Positions 8,710 to 17,576 of a stretch of DNA of 64,000 bases are shown one piece after another. The notes under the pieces were generated by a model. The model was given only the letters and a program-made list of their open reading frames with translations. It was not told the origin of the DNA and did no database searches. Every line of letters starts with the position of its first letter. Position 1 is the first letter of the stretch. The translations under genes were made by a program, and so were the position numbers. The stretch is from Patescibacteria group bacterium (GTDB taxonomy: Bacteria > Patescibacteriota > Patescibacteriia > UBA10025). The DNA is taken from positions 10,930-74,929 of the forward strand of contig JBHPFX010000002.1 in NCBI GenBank assembly GCA_042570925.1, read 5' to 3'.

Positions 8710-8820
8710 TTTTTGCTATACTCATCCTAAGGCAGACGTTAGTACTATCCTGACGGCTACTTTAAGAATCAGTTTTTTATCTATTTCCTAACGTAATTCA
8801 TATTTCACATACCCAAAGAT
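8710..8820 (+). repeat. decayed copy of the ABC-F promoter, leader and first codons (partner 11895-12005)
   Basis: About 111 bp aligns at roughly 90 percent identity with 11895-12005, including the TGCTATACT -10 box. The start codon reads ATA here versus ATG in the functional copy. Confidence 0.8.
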
Positions 8821-8873
8821 CTGGAGTGCACTGGTATCTGGTGGAAACAGAAGGTTAGTAAAAAGTATACAGA

Positions 8874-9110
8874 ATGACAAAACACATTTCGCTCGACAAT
8901 AAGGAAGTCACGTATACATTGCGCAAGAGTAGACGGGCCCGTAGAATGCGCCTTGCGGTATTTGTCGATGGTTCAGTTGTTGTTACGACGCCGTATAATC
9001 TTCGTGAGAATATTGACAGCTTTGTTGACAACTTAGATTTATTAATGTATACTAAAGTTGTCAACTACCCATATGGATATTCGAAAGCGTATTCTCAAAG
9101 AAATACATAA
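8874..9110 (+). pseudogene. truncated 5' fragment of a DUF45/YgjP-type metallohydrolase gene
   Basis: The first 142 nt duplicate the start of the intact gene at 10154. The last 73 bp (8943-9015 vs 10223-10295) differ at one position, after which the sequences diverge. Confidence 0.7.
9024..9065 (+). promoter_or_regulatory. sigma70-like promoter inside an 11-bp inverted repeat
   Basis: TTGACA (9025-9030), 17-nt spacer, TATACT (9048-9053). GTTGACAACTT (9024-9034) and AAGTTGTCAAC (9055-9065) are perfect inverted repeats. Confidence 0.55.
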
Positions 9111-10107
9111 TACCGGCGAAGTCCGGTCTGCAGATATCGTCCATGAAACCGGCTTTTCTCGCGAATATGTCGGTCGTTTTTTGCGCAAGCTCCAGCAGGA
9201 AGGAAAAATCATGTTAATCGGTAGGGCAAATCAGGCGCGGTATATTTCCACTTCGCCACAGGCGGTGGAAAATGCTAAGCGCAATATCCTGCAAAAACAA
9301 CTGATCCTAAAGAACAAAAACCACGATCTGAGCGAAGATCGTGTACTGGAGAGACTCAAGAGAGAAACAGGTATATGGGTGAAACTCGCCACCCAAGCAT
9401 CCGCTATACTTGACTACGGGTTCACCGAGATGCTCAATAATGCCATTGATCATTCAGGATCGCGATTGATCAGTATACGCCTCGATCGTGAGAAAGATAT
9501 GGTCTTTTTCGAAGTGATTGATGAGGGCGTCGGGATATTCCGAAATATTATGAGGACACGAAAGCTACGTAATGAAGAAGAAGCGATTGAGGAGCTGATG
9601 AAAGGAAAGCAAACAACGATGCCGAAGGCTCATTCCGGAGAAGGAATCTTTTTCACTTCAAAAGCTGCTGACATTTTGATTATCCAGAGTGGAAGCACGA
9701 AGCTAGAGTTCAATAATGTTGTAGGTGATATCTTTGTAAAAAAGAGACAGAACCCCCTCAAAGGTACGCGCGTCTCATTTATGCTCCGACTTCCTACGCG
9801 AAAGTCATTGAACCAGATATTTCGTCGGTACAGTGATAAAACGATGTCATTTTCAAAAACTCAGGTACGTGTCAAAATGTTCATGGCTGGGAGTGAGTAC
9901 ATCTCAAGGTCGCAGGGTAGGAGATTGACAGCTGGTCTTGATAAGTTTAAGACGATTTCCCTTGATTTTAAGGGAGTGACATCAGTCGGTCAGGCTTTTG
10001 TTGACGAGGTATTTCGGGTATTTCAGATGCGATATCCAAAAATTACTATAAAACCGATTAACATGAATAAGGCAGTAACATTCATGATTGAACGAGCGAA
10101 GCGGTAA
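9073..10107 (+). CDS. wHTH + GHKL-type ATPase + STAS-like (DUF4325) domain protein
   Basis: N-terminal wHTH (SADIVHETGFSREYVGRFLRKLQQEGKI). N-box MLNNAIDHSG, G1 box IDEGVGIF, G2-like GEGIFFTSK. C-terminal DFKGVTSVGQAFVDEVFRVF. Confidence 0.6.
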   Translation: MDIRKRILKEIHNTGEVRSADIVHETGFSREYVGRFLRKLQQEGKIMLIGRANQARYISTSPQAVENAKRNILQKQLILKNKNHDLSEDRVLERLKRETGIWVKLATQASAILDYGFTEMLNNAIDHSGSRLISIRLDREKDMVFFEVIDEGVGIFRNIMRTRKLRNEEEAIEELMKGKQTTMPKAHSGEGIFFTSKAADILIIQSGSTKLEFNNVVGDIFVKKRQNPLKGTRVSFMLRLPTRKSLNQIFRRYSDKTMSFSKTQVRVKMFMAGSEYISRSQGRRLTAGLDKFKTISLDFKGVTSVGQAFVDEVFRVFQMRYPKITIKPINMNKAVTFMIERAKR

Positions 10108-10153
10108 TGGACAGGCTGGTGCACGTAGGTGCTATCAGTAAAGATTTCAAAGC

Positions 10154-10723
10154 ATGACAAGAAACATATCCTTCGATAATAAGAATATTTCGTATACATT
10201 ACGCAAGAGTAAACGGGTCCGCAGAATGCGCCTTGCGGTATTTGTCGACGGTTCAGTTGTTGTTACGACGCCGTATAATCTTCGTGAGAATATTGCGGAG
10301 AAATTTATCCGGGAAAAAAGTAGGTGGCTTTTTACAAAATTGGATTATTTTAGACAATTCAAACTCAAACCCGTTGCTCGACATAGTCAGGGGAGCTACT
10401 TAAAAAGTAGAGATGATTCATATAGATTTGTAATAGAGCGTGTTCAACATTTCAATAATGAATATACATATCCTTTTAAACGAGTTAGTATACGAAATCA
10501 AAAAACACGGTGGGGAAGCTGCTCTAAAAAAGGCAATCTTAGCTTTAACTATAAAATCACCTCGTTACCACCACGATTGGCTGATTACATTATCGTCCAT
10601 GAACTATGTCATTTGAAGGAGTTTAATCATTCCAAGAAGTTTTGGAGCTTGGTTGGACAAACCTTTCCGGATTACAAAGAAATAAAGAAAACGCTAAAAC
10701 AGTATAGCTTGAGTTTAGGATAG
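10154..10723 (+). CDS. DUF45/YgjP-family (M48-like) metal-dependent hydrolase
   Basis: WGSCSKKGNLSFNYK and the HExxH motif in IIVHELCHLKEFNHSKKFW. Confidence 0.75.
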   Translation: MTRNISFDNKNISYTLRKSKRVRRMRLAVFVDGSVVVTTPYNLRENIAEKFIREKSRWLFTKLDYFRQFKLKPVARHSQGSYLKSRDDSYRFVIERVQHFNNEYTYPFKRVSIRNQKTRWGSCSKKGNLSFNYKITSLPPRLADYIIVHELCHLKEFNHSKKFWSLVGQTFPDYKEIKKTLKQYSLSLG

Positions 10724-10918
10724 TTGATTCAACACCTCATGCCCTACACCCAATGAGTCAGTTTTGGGGTAGGGTGGTAGTGTTTTCTAACCACTCCGGG
10801 CATCGATAGAGGGTGTCATTTTTATAGGTTTACACTTTAAAGTTATAAAGTATTGACTTCTAGTGATTTTAATCATAAATAGTCAAAATAACGTGAATCC
10901 TACTTCAATTATGGGTAA

Positions 10919-10959
10919 ATTCACGGTTTATTGACAAAATACCGTGAATAGTGTAGTAT
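10919..10959 (+). promoter_or_regulatory. Fic gene promoter bracketed by a 9-bp inverted repeat
   Basis: TTGACA (10931-10936), 17-nt spacer, TAGTAT (10954-10959). ATTCACGGT (10919-10927) and ACCGTGAAT (10941-10949) are inverted repeats. A third CGTGAAT lies at 10892-10898. The ATG is 6 nt after the -10. Confidence 0.5.
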
Positions 10960-10965
10960 AACAGT

Positions 10966-11841
10966 ATGGTAACTCCAAATCATGTTCAAAAGCGGATCAA
11001 TAAGCTAAAAAAAGAGTATGAAACGCTCCGGAAAGGAAAAACGGAACTTTTGAAGTTGATTGAGGAAGCTGAAGTCCCTGAGAGCGTGTATAATTCAAAC
11101 GCTATTGAAAACTCTACTCTGACACTGAAGGAGACTGAGAAAATCCTCCTCGAGATGGAGGTAGAAAGAAATATCGACTTGCGAGAGGTGTTTGAAGCCA
11201 AGAACCTGGCACGCATTATGGAGTACTTGCGAAACAAGGATTTTTGGGGAGGAGTGCTGGATGTGGGAAAAATCCTACTGCTCCATAAAATGCTTCTGGA
11301 AAACATCAGTCCCAATATAGCCGGACGCCTAAGAAAAAAAGGCGAGTACGTCCGGGTCGGCACGCATGTCGCTCCCGCGCCCGAAAAGGTCGAAGGGTTG
11401 TTACAGCAGGCAATGATTGATTTTGCCAGTGACGATCGATCCTACTTTTTAGATAGTATAGCTAATTTCCACTTGGACTTTGAGACAGTGCATCCGTTTA
11501 ATGACGGGAACGGTCGTATCGGTCGCGCGCTGATCAATTTACAGTTGAGAAAATTTGGGTACCCCCCGATAATAATCCATAATAAGGATAAAAAGGGCTA
11601 TTACCGTGCTTTCAGGGAGTACCGCTATGATAGAAAACTCAAAACGATGTCGAGTTTGCTCGCGCTCTCATTGCTCGAATCCCTCCACAAACGTATTACT
11701 CATCTTCAGTCAAAACAGATTTCTCCGCTCTCTGACTACGCAAAACACAATAAACGATCGTTACGTTCGCTACTGAATAGTGCCAAGCGACAAACAATAC
11801 CGGCGTTTCGGCACAAAGGTGTCTGGCATATTGGCCAGTGA
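10966..11841 (+). CDS. Fic family protein (AMPylase-type) with N-terminal inhibitory motif
   Basis: Fic motif HPFNDGNGRIGRAL. SNAIEN matches the (S/T)xxxE(G/N) inhibitory-helix motif. Confidence 0.85.
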   Translation: MVTPNHVQKRINKLKKEYETLRKGKTELLKLIEEAEVPESVYNSNAIENSTLTLKETEKILLEMEVERNIDLREVFEAKNLARIMEYLRNKDFWGGVLDVGKILLLHKMLLENISPNIAGRLRKKGEYVRVGTHVAPAPEKVEGLLQQAMIDFASDDRSYFLDSIANFHLDFETVHPFNDGNGRIGRALINLQLRKFGYPPIIIHNKDKKGYYRAFREYRYDRKLKTMSSLLALSLLESLHKRITHLQSKQISPLSDYAKHNKRSLRSLLNSAKRQTIPAFRHKGVWHIGQ

Positions 11842-11894
11842 GACGCAGCTTGGTTGCTCAGGGTGGTGGAGAAGGGTTCGGCACAAAAGCCGAG

Positions 11895-12005
11895 TTTTTG
11901 CTATACTTATCCCAAGGCAGACGTTAGTACTATGCTAACGGCTACTTTAAGACTCGGTTTTTTATCTATTTCCTAAAGAAACTCATATTTCACATGCCCA
12001 AAGAT
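11895..12005 (+). repeat. functional ABC-F promoter, leader and start (partner of 8710-8820)
   Basis: TGCTATACT extended -10 at about 11899-11907, an ~85-nt leader with hairpin CGTTAG/CTAACG, and ATG 11994. Confidence 0.75.
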
Positions 12006-13457
12006 AATGTAGTTCTCAGTTTCTCTGATGTTACCTTCGCCTATGGCGGGGGAAAGCCATTGCTTGAGGAGGTAAGCTTCTCTGTCCGTACGGGGAGTCG
12101 CATCACCCTGATGGGTCAGAATGGAGCGGGGAAAAGTTCAATTTTCAAGCTGATCACGGACGAGATTAAACCGACTGATGGCCGGGTATCCCGTACTCCA
12201 CCGAGTGCCAGTGTCGCCATAGCCCGTCAAGTCATGCCTAAGGAGGCGCTTGATTTAAATGTTCGCGACTACTTTGAAACCGCGTTTACTGATGTACAGC
12301 ACAAACTGGATAAAATGATTCAGGAAGTATTTGATATCGTTCATCTCTCACTGCCTTTGGATCGCATCATCCGCCAACTGTCCGGCGGACAGCAGGCCCG
12401 ATTGCTTTTAGCACATGCTTTGATTCAGAAGCCGGATATTCTGTTGCTCGACGAGCCGACAAACAATCTCGACCAGTACGGTATCGACCATCTAACCGGT
12501 TTTCTTGTGATGTACGAAAAAACATGTCTCGTCATTTCCCATGATGCTGATTTTTTAAACGCTTTTTCGGATGGCGTGCTCTATCTCGATGTCCACACTA
12601 AGAAGGTAGAACAATATATGGGAAATTACACGGATGTCGTGGAGGAGATTACGAAGCGGATTGAACGCGAGAATTTACAGAACGCGCGGATGCAGAGGCA
12701 GATCAGAGAAAAGCGTGCACAGGCTGAGGTGTTTGCCCATAAGGGCGGCAAGCTTCGTGGCGTAGCAAAACGTATGCGTGAATCTGCGGAGGAAGCTGAA
12801 GAAAATATAGTGAGTGTGCGCAGAGAAGACAAACCAATTCGGAAATTTACTATTCCCAGTCAGGACTTCGGTCCGCATTTTGGCGGGACAGTTGTCCAGC
12901 TTCACGCGGCTACGGTTATACGCGACCACAAAGCTAAGGAGCGGAAGCTCGACGTTACTGTCCGTAAAGGTGATCATGTGGTTATAGCAGGACCGAATGG
13001 TATCGGCAAAAGCACCCTGCTGGCAAAAATTGCCGGAGGGTCATCCGATTTTGCTACTGTGGCACCGGAGGCTTTAGTCGGGTACTATCAACAAGATTTC
13101 GGCAACCTCGACAGCGACCAACTTGCTTTCGATGCGTTGAAGGCGGTTATGTTTGAGGATGATGAGCACCTGTTGAGATCAACAGCGGCCGGATTCTTAC
13201 TTGATGGCAAATTGCTCACCCAGCCTATCGGCGCACTGTCTGAAGGGCAAAAAGGTCTGCTGTCATTGTGCCGGTTTGTCCTGCAGAAACCAGGCTTGCT
13301 CGTCCTCGACGAACCGACAAACCATATCAACTTTCGCCATCTGCCGATCTTAGCCAAGGCTCTCGATGAGTATAGTGGTGCCTTGATCATGGTGTCCCAT
13401 ATCCCGGAGTTTGTCAGTCAGATACGGATTGATACTGTGGTTGACCTGGATCGTTGA
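11994..13457 (+). CDS. ABC-F family ATPase (two ABC domains, no TM domain)
   Basis: Walker A GQNGAGKSS and GPNGIGKST. Signatures LSGGQQARL and LSEGQKGLL. Walker B LLLDEPTNNLD and LVLDEPTNHIN. Charged inter-domain linker. Confidence 0.85.
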   Translation: MPKDNVVLSFSDVTFAYGGGKPLLEEVSFSVRTGSRITLMGQNGAGKSSIFKLITDEIKPTDGRVSRTPPSASVAIARQVMPKEALDLNVRDYFETAFTDVQHKLDKMIQEVFDIVHLSLPLDRIIRQLSGGQQARLLLAHALIQKPDILLLDEPTNNLDQYGIDHLTGFLVMYEKTCLVISHDADFLNAFSDGVLYLDVHTKKVEQYMGNYTDVVEEITKRIERENLQNARMQRQIREKRAQAEVFAHKGGKLRGVAKRMRESAEEAEENIVSVRREDKPIRKFTIPSQDFGPHFGGTVVQLHAATVIRDHKAKERKLDVTVRKGDHVVIAGPNGIGKSTLLAKIAGGSSDFATVAPEALVGYYQQDFGNLDSDQLAFDALKAVMFEDDEHLLRSTAAGFLLDGKLLTQPIGALSEGQKGLLSLCRFVLQKPGLLVLDEPTNHINFRHLPILAKALDEYSGALIMVSHIPEFVSQIRIDTVVDLDR

Positions 13458-13508
13458 TCGAGAAAAGGGTCGGGCACAAGAACCGGGCTTTTTTGGTATA
13501 CTCACTTT

Positions 13509-14084
13509 ATGAATAAACCAACTAAGATAATCCTCATCCATGGAAATGGTGGAGGCACAGGCACCGACTACTGGTTTCCATATGTGAAAGCCCAGTTTGA
13601 ATCACTCGACATACCTGTGATCGCGGAGACATTTCCAGATAGCGTAGAAGCGAAGGCGGCTGTGTGGCTGCCGCATTTAGAAAAGCTTGGTGCGGATGAG
13701 CATACTATTCTCATCGGCCATTCATCCGGGGCGGTGGCGACTTTGCGGTATGCGGAAAATCACAAACTATACGGCTCGGTGCTTGTGGGTGTGAATCATA
13801 CTGACCTTGGACTGGAAAGCGAAAAGATCAGCGGGTACTATGACCATCCATGGAAGTGGGACGTTATTAATAAAAATCAGAAGTGGATTATTCTTTTTGC
13901 CTCAAAGGACGATCCGTATATCCCCATCGACGAACCTCGCTATATTCACCGACAGCTTAAATGCGAATACAATGAGTATACTGACAAGGGACACTTTGGT
14001 ACTGTTGATTCAAAGAGAGGATATGACAGGCCTATGACGGAGTTTCCGGAGCTGGTCGCATCGGTGAAAGGGAAATTGTCTTAA
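13509..14084 (+). CDS. alpha/beta serine hydrolase (YdeN/RBBP9-like)
   Basis: ILIHGNGGG, nucleophile elbow GHSSG, and a C-terminal D...H. Confidence 0.6.
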   Translation: MNKPTKIILIHGNGGGTGTDYWFPYVKAQFESLDIPVIAETFPDSVEAKAAVWLPHLEKLGADEHTILIGHSSGAVATLRYAENHKLYGSVLVGVNHTDLGLESEKISGYYDHPWKWDVINKNQKWIILFASKDDPYIPIDEPRYIHRQLKCEYNEYTDKGHFGTVDSKRGYDRPMTEFPELVASVKGKLS

Positions 14085-14100
14085 ACAAAAAAAACTTATA

Positions 14101-14195
14101 CAAAGATCATGCGTGTTCCCATCCGAAAACCAGGAAAGAGAGTTAGGCCGAGTGGCCAGCTTTTTGGTATACTCACTATATCAATAAACCCCAAA
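14101..14195 (+). repeat. mosaic scar: copy of the greA 5' end joined to a copy of the hydrolase promoter/start
   Basis: 14101-14138 matches 14727-14764 (greA start, 33/38). 14158-14190 matches 13487-13520 (TGGTATACT promoter plus start; ATG reads ATC here). Confidence 0.7.
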
Positions 14196-14315
14196 AAACA
14201 ACCCCTTAAATTTCGGGACATAAAATAAATATAAAATAACCCTCATGACTAACCTCCACCTCGCCGAAAAAGAAGCCACTTAGTTAAGAATTGATAAACT
14301 AATATACTCTATGCT

Positions 14316-14672
14316 ATGGAAACCAATGGTATGAGCGAAAACAACCAGAAGCCCACGGTTGGGAAAGACCCGCTACATTTCATAAAAGGCGTGTTGTGGG
14401 TGTTGCTCTTGATCAGTTTTGCCATGATTGCCATTTCCTTTACCTCCGTTGGCCTTAAGATTCCCTACATATATACAGGGTATGCTCTTCTCCCGGGTGT
14501 TGCGATCATTCTAGGAGTTCTTGAGCTATTGAGTCACGGCGCCCACATACGGTTGGAACAAAAGAAACCAACTAGCTCGAAGATTGCCTCTAAAGTCGCT
14601 TTTTGGTTTATTATTGTTTGCTTCGCCGTACTCGCATTTTCAATTCTTGGTACGTCGGTGGGCTGGTGGTAG
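14316..14672 (+). CDS. small membrane protein
   Basis: Three or four predicted hydrophobic helices. TATACT lies 7 nt upstream of the ATG. Confidence 0.5.
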   Translation: METNGMSENNQKPTVGKDPLHFIKGVLWVLLLISFAMIAISFTSVGLKIPYIYTGYALLPGVAIILGVLELLSHGAHIRLEQKKPTSSKIASKVAFWFIIVCFAVLAFSILGTSVGWW

Positions 14673-14734
14673 AGGGTAAAGGCTAGAGTTTATTTATGCC
14701 ACACTAAAATCACTTTGCCCAAAATTCCAAGATC

Positions 14735-15232
14735 ATGCGTATTCCTATCCGAAAACCCGGAAAATATACTCATTCTAAAACGGACCTGCATCTCACTCAG
14801 GCTAAGCTTGATGAGATGAAAAAGGAGTTAGAGAGGTTAGTAAGTATTCTCCGTCCCAAATCGATGAAGGAAGTCAGCCGGCTTGCCGAGATGGGGGACT
14901 TTTCTGAGAATGCGGCGTATCAGATCTCTAAAGGCCGCTTGCGAGGGATCAACGCGCGAATCTTGGATCTGGAAGAACGTATAGGAAAGGTGGTAATTAT
15001 TGAACCAAAAGACAATGCCCACATTCAAATTGGACACCGGGTGACTGTCGAAGCAAATAGAAAACAGCTCACGTATCTGATACTGGGATCTACGGAGTCT
15101 GATCCCGGTCAGAGTGTTATTTCACATACGTCTCCACTTGGTGCCGCATTGATCGGGAAGGCGGTCGGGGATACTGTGACGGTAAAACTGAAGGAAAAAG
15201 ACGTAAAGTATGAAATTATAAAGGTAGAATAA
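14735..15232 (+). CDS. greA: transcription elongation factor GreA
   Basis: N-terminal coiled-coil region with AEMGDFSENAAYQ, and a C-terminal FKBP-like domain. Confidence 0.85.
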   Translation: MRIPIRKPGKYTHSKTDLHLTQAKLDEMKKELERLVSILRPKSMKEVSRLAEMGDFSENAAYQISKGRLRGINARILDLEERIGKVVIIEPKDNAHIQIGHRVTVEANRKQLTYLILGSTESDPGQSVISHTSPLGAALIGKAVGDTVTVKLKEKDVKYEIIKVE

Positions 15233-15239
15233 GAAGGAC

Positions 15240-17033
15240 TTACTTCTTCCTCGCAGCCCGGACTCGATCGGATTCTTTTAACATCTGTTTACGAAGTCTG
15301 GTGCTCTTTGGAGTAATCTCCAGATATTCATCATCATTCATTATTTCCATCCCACTTTCGATCGTTATCTCCAATGGCGGAGTGAGAGAAATGGCGTCAT
15401 CAGAACCGGATGCGCGCATATTTGTTAAACGTTTTCCTTTGATAGGGTTCACTTCCATATCATCTCCTTTTGATACATTTCCGATAATCATACCTTCGTA
15501 TACTTCCACATTTGGTCCGATGTACAGCTGTCCGCGAGTTTGCAGGTTATATAGTGAAAACCCCAGAGCTTTTCCTTGTGCCATAGAAATCATAGAGCCG
15601 GTACTTCGTTTTTCAATTTTTCCCGCGTGAGGCTTGAAATCAATAACACGTGAAGCCATAATTCCATGCCCTCGCGTATCGATGATAAACTCACCTCTGT
15701 ATCCAAGAAGTCCTCTAGTGGGAATTTCAAAGAGTAAACGGGTCTGGGTGTCGTGCTGGTGCATATTTGTCATCTTCCCGCCGCGGTTGGATAGTATTTC
15801 AATCACTGCTCCGGAGAATTCATTTGGAATATCAATCGTTACTTCTTCGAATGGTTCATGTAATTTTCCGCTAATTTCTTTTGTAATCACTTGCGGTTGT
15901 GAAATTTGCATTTCGTATCCTTCACGCCTCATGTTTTCCAGTAAAATAGCGATGTGCATCTCACCTCGTCCATGGATTCGATAACGATCCTTTTCGGTAA
16001 AATCAATGGCCAGACCGACATTTACTTCCAGTTCTTTTTTTAACCGGTCATGAAGCTGGCTGTTTGTCACGTACTTTCCTTCTTGGCCCGCAAAAGGCGA
16101 GTTATTTACAAGTAAGTCGAGAGAGATAGTCGGCTCGTCAATTGAAATTGCGGGCAGGGCTTCTTGGTCTTCAGACTCACAAATTGTCTCACCGATATCT
16201 ATGTCCGCTATTCCTGATGCCATCATTATGTCGCCGGCTTTGGCTGTCTGGACTTCTTGTCTTTCAAAACCATGAAAAGTGAAGAGCTTAGTGATCGTTG
16301 CTTTTCTGTTTTCACCTTTAGAGTTTTTCACAATGATTTCCTGTGCTTTGGAAATCGTACCCTCATATATTCGTCCAATTGCAAGGCGTCCTAGATAATC
16401 GTCATATCCTAAGTTAAATGGCTGCATTCGAAGTTTGAGTGATGTGTCATGGGGAGAAGGAGGTACATGTTCTAAGATAGTATCTAAGAGCGGGGACATG
16501 TCTGTTGATTCGTCCGTCATTTTTTTCTTAGCCATACCTTGAGTGCCAATTGCATATACGGTGATGAAATCCAGTTGCTCATCGTGTGCTCCGAGATCCA
16601 TAAATAGTTCTAATACTTTATCATGAGCTTTATCAGGATCTGCGGCCGGCTTGTCAATTTTATTTAGAACAACAATAGGTTTTAATCCAATCTCTAAGGA
16701 TTTTTTTAACACAAAACGAGTCTGGGGCATCGGGCCTTCCTGCGCGTCAACAATTAAAAGAACAGAATCAATTGAGCGTAATACGCGTTCTACTTCAGAG
16801 CTAAAATCAGCGTGACCGGGAGTGTCCACGATGTTTATTTTTGTGTCCTTGTATATGAGAGAAGCGTTCTTCGCATATATAGTAATGCCGCGTTCCTGCT
16901 CGAGAGTATTGGAGTCCATAGTTTCACCCTCTTTTACCATGCCCGTTTGCTTCATCATCGCATCAACCAAAGTAGTCTTCCCATGATCAACGTGGGCAAT
17001 GATTGCGATATTTCTTGTTTCTTTGTACTCCAT
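15240..17033 (-). CDS. typA: translational GTPase TypA/BipA
   Basis: [18 protein letters not shown] (G1), DTPGHADF (G3), NKIDK (G4), EF-G-like domains. ATG 17033 ([12 protein letters not shown]) preferred. Confidence 0.9.
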   Translation of the reverse strand: MEYKETRNIAIIAHVDHGKTTLVDAMMKQTGMVKEGETMDSNTLEQERGITIYAKNASLIYKDTKINIVDTPGHADFSSEVERVLRSIDSVLLIVDAQEGPMPQTRFVLKKSLEIGLKPIVVLNKIDKPAADPDKAHDKVLELFMDLGAHDEQLDFITVYAIGTQGMAKKKMTDESTDMSPLLDTILEHVPPSPHDTSLKLRMQPFNLGYDDYLGRLAIGRIYEGTISKAQEIIVKNSKGENRKATITKLFTFHGFERQEVQTAKAGDIMMASGIADIDIGETICESEDQEALPAISIDEPTISLDLLVNNSPFAGQEGKYVTNSQLHDRLKKELEVNVGLAIDFTEKDRYRIHGRGEMHIAILLENMRREGYEMQISQPQVITKEISGKLHEPFEEVTIDIPNEFSGAVIEILSNRGGKMTNMHQHDTQTRLLFEIPTRGLLGYRGEFIIDTRGHGIMASRVIDFKPHAGKIEKRSTGSMISMAQGKALGFSLYNLQTRGQLYIGPNVEVYEGMIIGNVSKGDDMEVNPIKGKRLTNMRASGSDDAISLTPPLEITIESGMEIMNDDEYLEITPKSTRLRKQMLKESDRVRAARKK

Positions 17034-17252
17034 GAATTGGGTAAAAAATAAAATGGCCGCTTTGGCCAACCTTGTTATGAAGATAGACTATACCAGTACA
17101 TATAACTTGTGTCAATAATACGAGGCACTAGTTGGTGTTATTACAGTGAGACCCTGAATAGAACCTGATATCCATCAGGACTAAAGGTTCAGGGTGGTTA
17201 GATGGGTTCAGGGTGGTTGAATAAGTTAAAAATGGTAAGAGGGATGTGGCGA

Positions 17253-17308
17253 TTGACAGGATGGTTAACATATGTTAACCTATAGAGGTAAATAACTTAT
17301 TGGTTAAC
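17253..17308 (+). promoter_or_regulatory. promoter/operator of the Doc toxin-antitoxin operon
   Basis: TTGACA at 17253-17258. Perfect 18-bp palindrome GGTTAACATATGTTAACC at 17263-17280, plus an extra half-site GGTTAAC at 17302-17308. Confidence 0.6.
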
Positions 17309-17318
17309 ATAGCTAAAC

Positions 17319-17576
17319 ATGCCGGAAAAAGAATACATTTCCACTATTGAAGCTGCAACGATACTTGGTATCAGCCGTGTTGCGGTATTTAAGAAAATTA
17401 AAAAAGGCGATTTAAAAGCAAAGAAGGTTGGTCGGAATTATGTTATTGACCGTGAAGCTGTGCTCGCACACCAAGGTGTCAAACTTGACGAGCGGGCCAA
17501 GGTAGAGATTGGCAGGGCGGTAGACAAAACGGTGAAAGAATACGGAGAAACATTAAAAATGCTCGGTGATGCCTAG
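17319..17576 (+). CDS. excisionase/MerR-type HTH antitoxin
   Basis: ISTIEAATILGISRVAVFKKIKKGDLKAKKVGRNYVI. Overlaps the toxin start. Confidence 0.7.
   Translation: MPEKEYISTIEAATILGISRVAVFKKIKKGDLKAKKVGRNYVIDREAVLAHQGVKLDERAKVEIGRAVDKTVKEYGETLKMLGDA

Noticed and set aside
11865-14165. Shared ~40-nt element before TGGTATACT promoters (GAGAAGGGTTCGGCACAAAAGCCGAGTTTTT at about 11865, a similar one at about 13457, and a weaker one at about 14140) as a distinct repeat family
   Set aside because: These are probably ordinary terminator hairpin plus T-run plus -10 box arrangements, partly explained by the duplications already reported. The stems are not consistently complementary.
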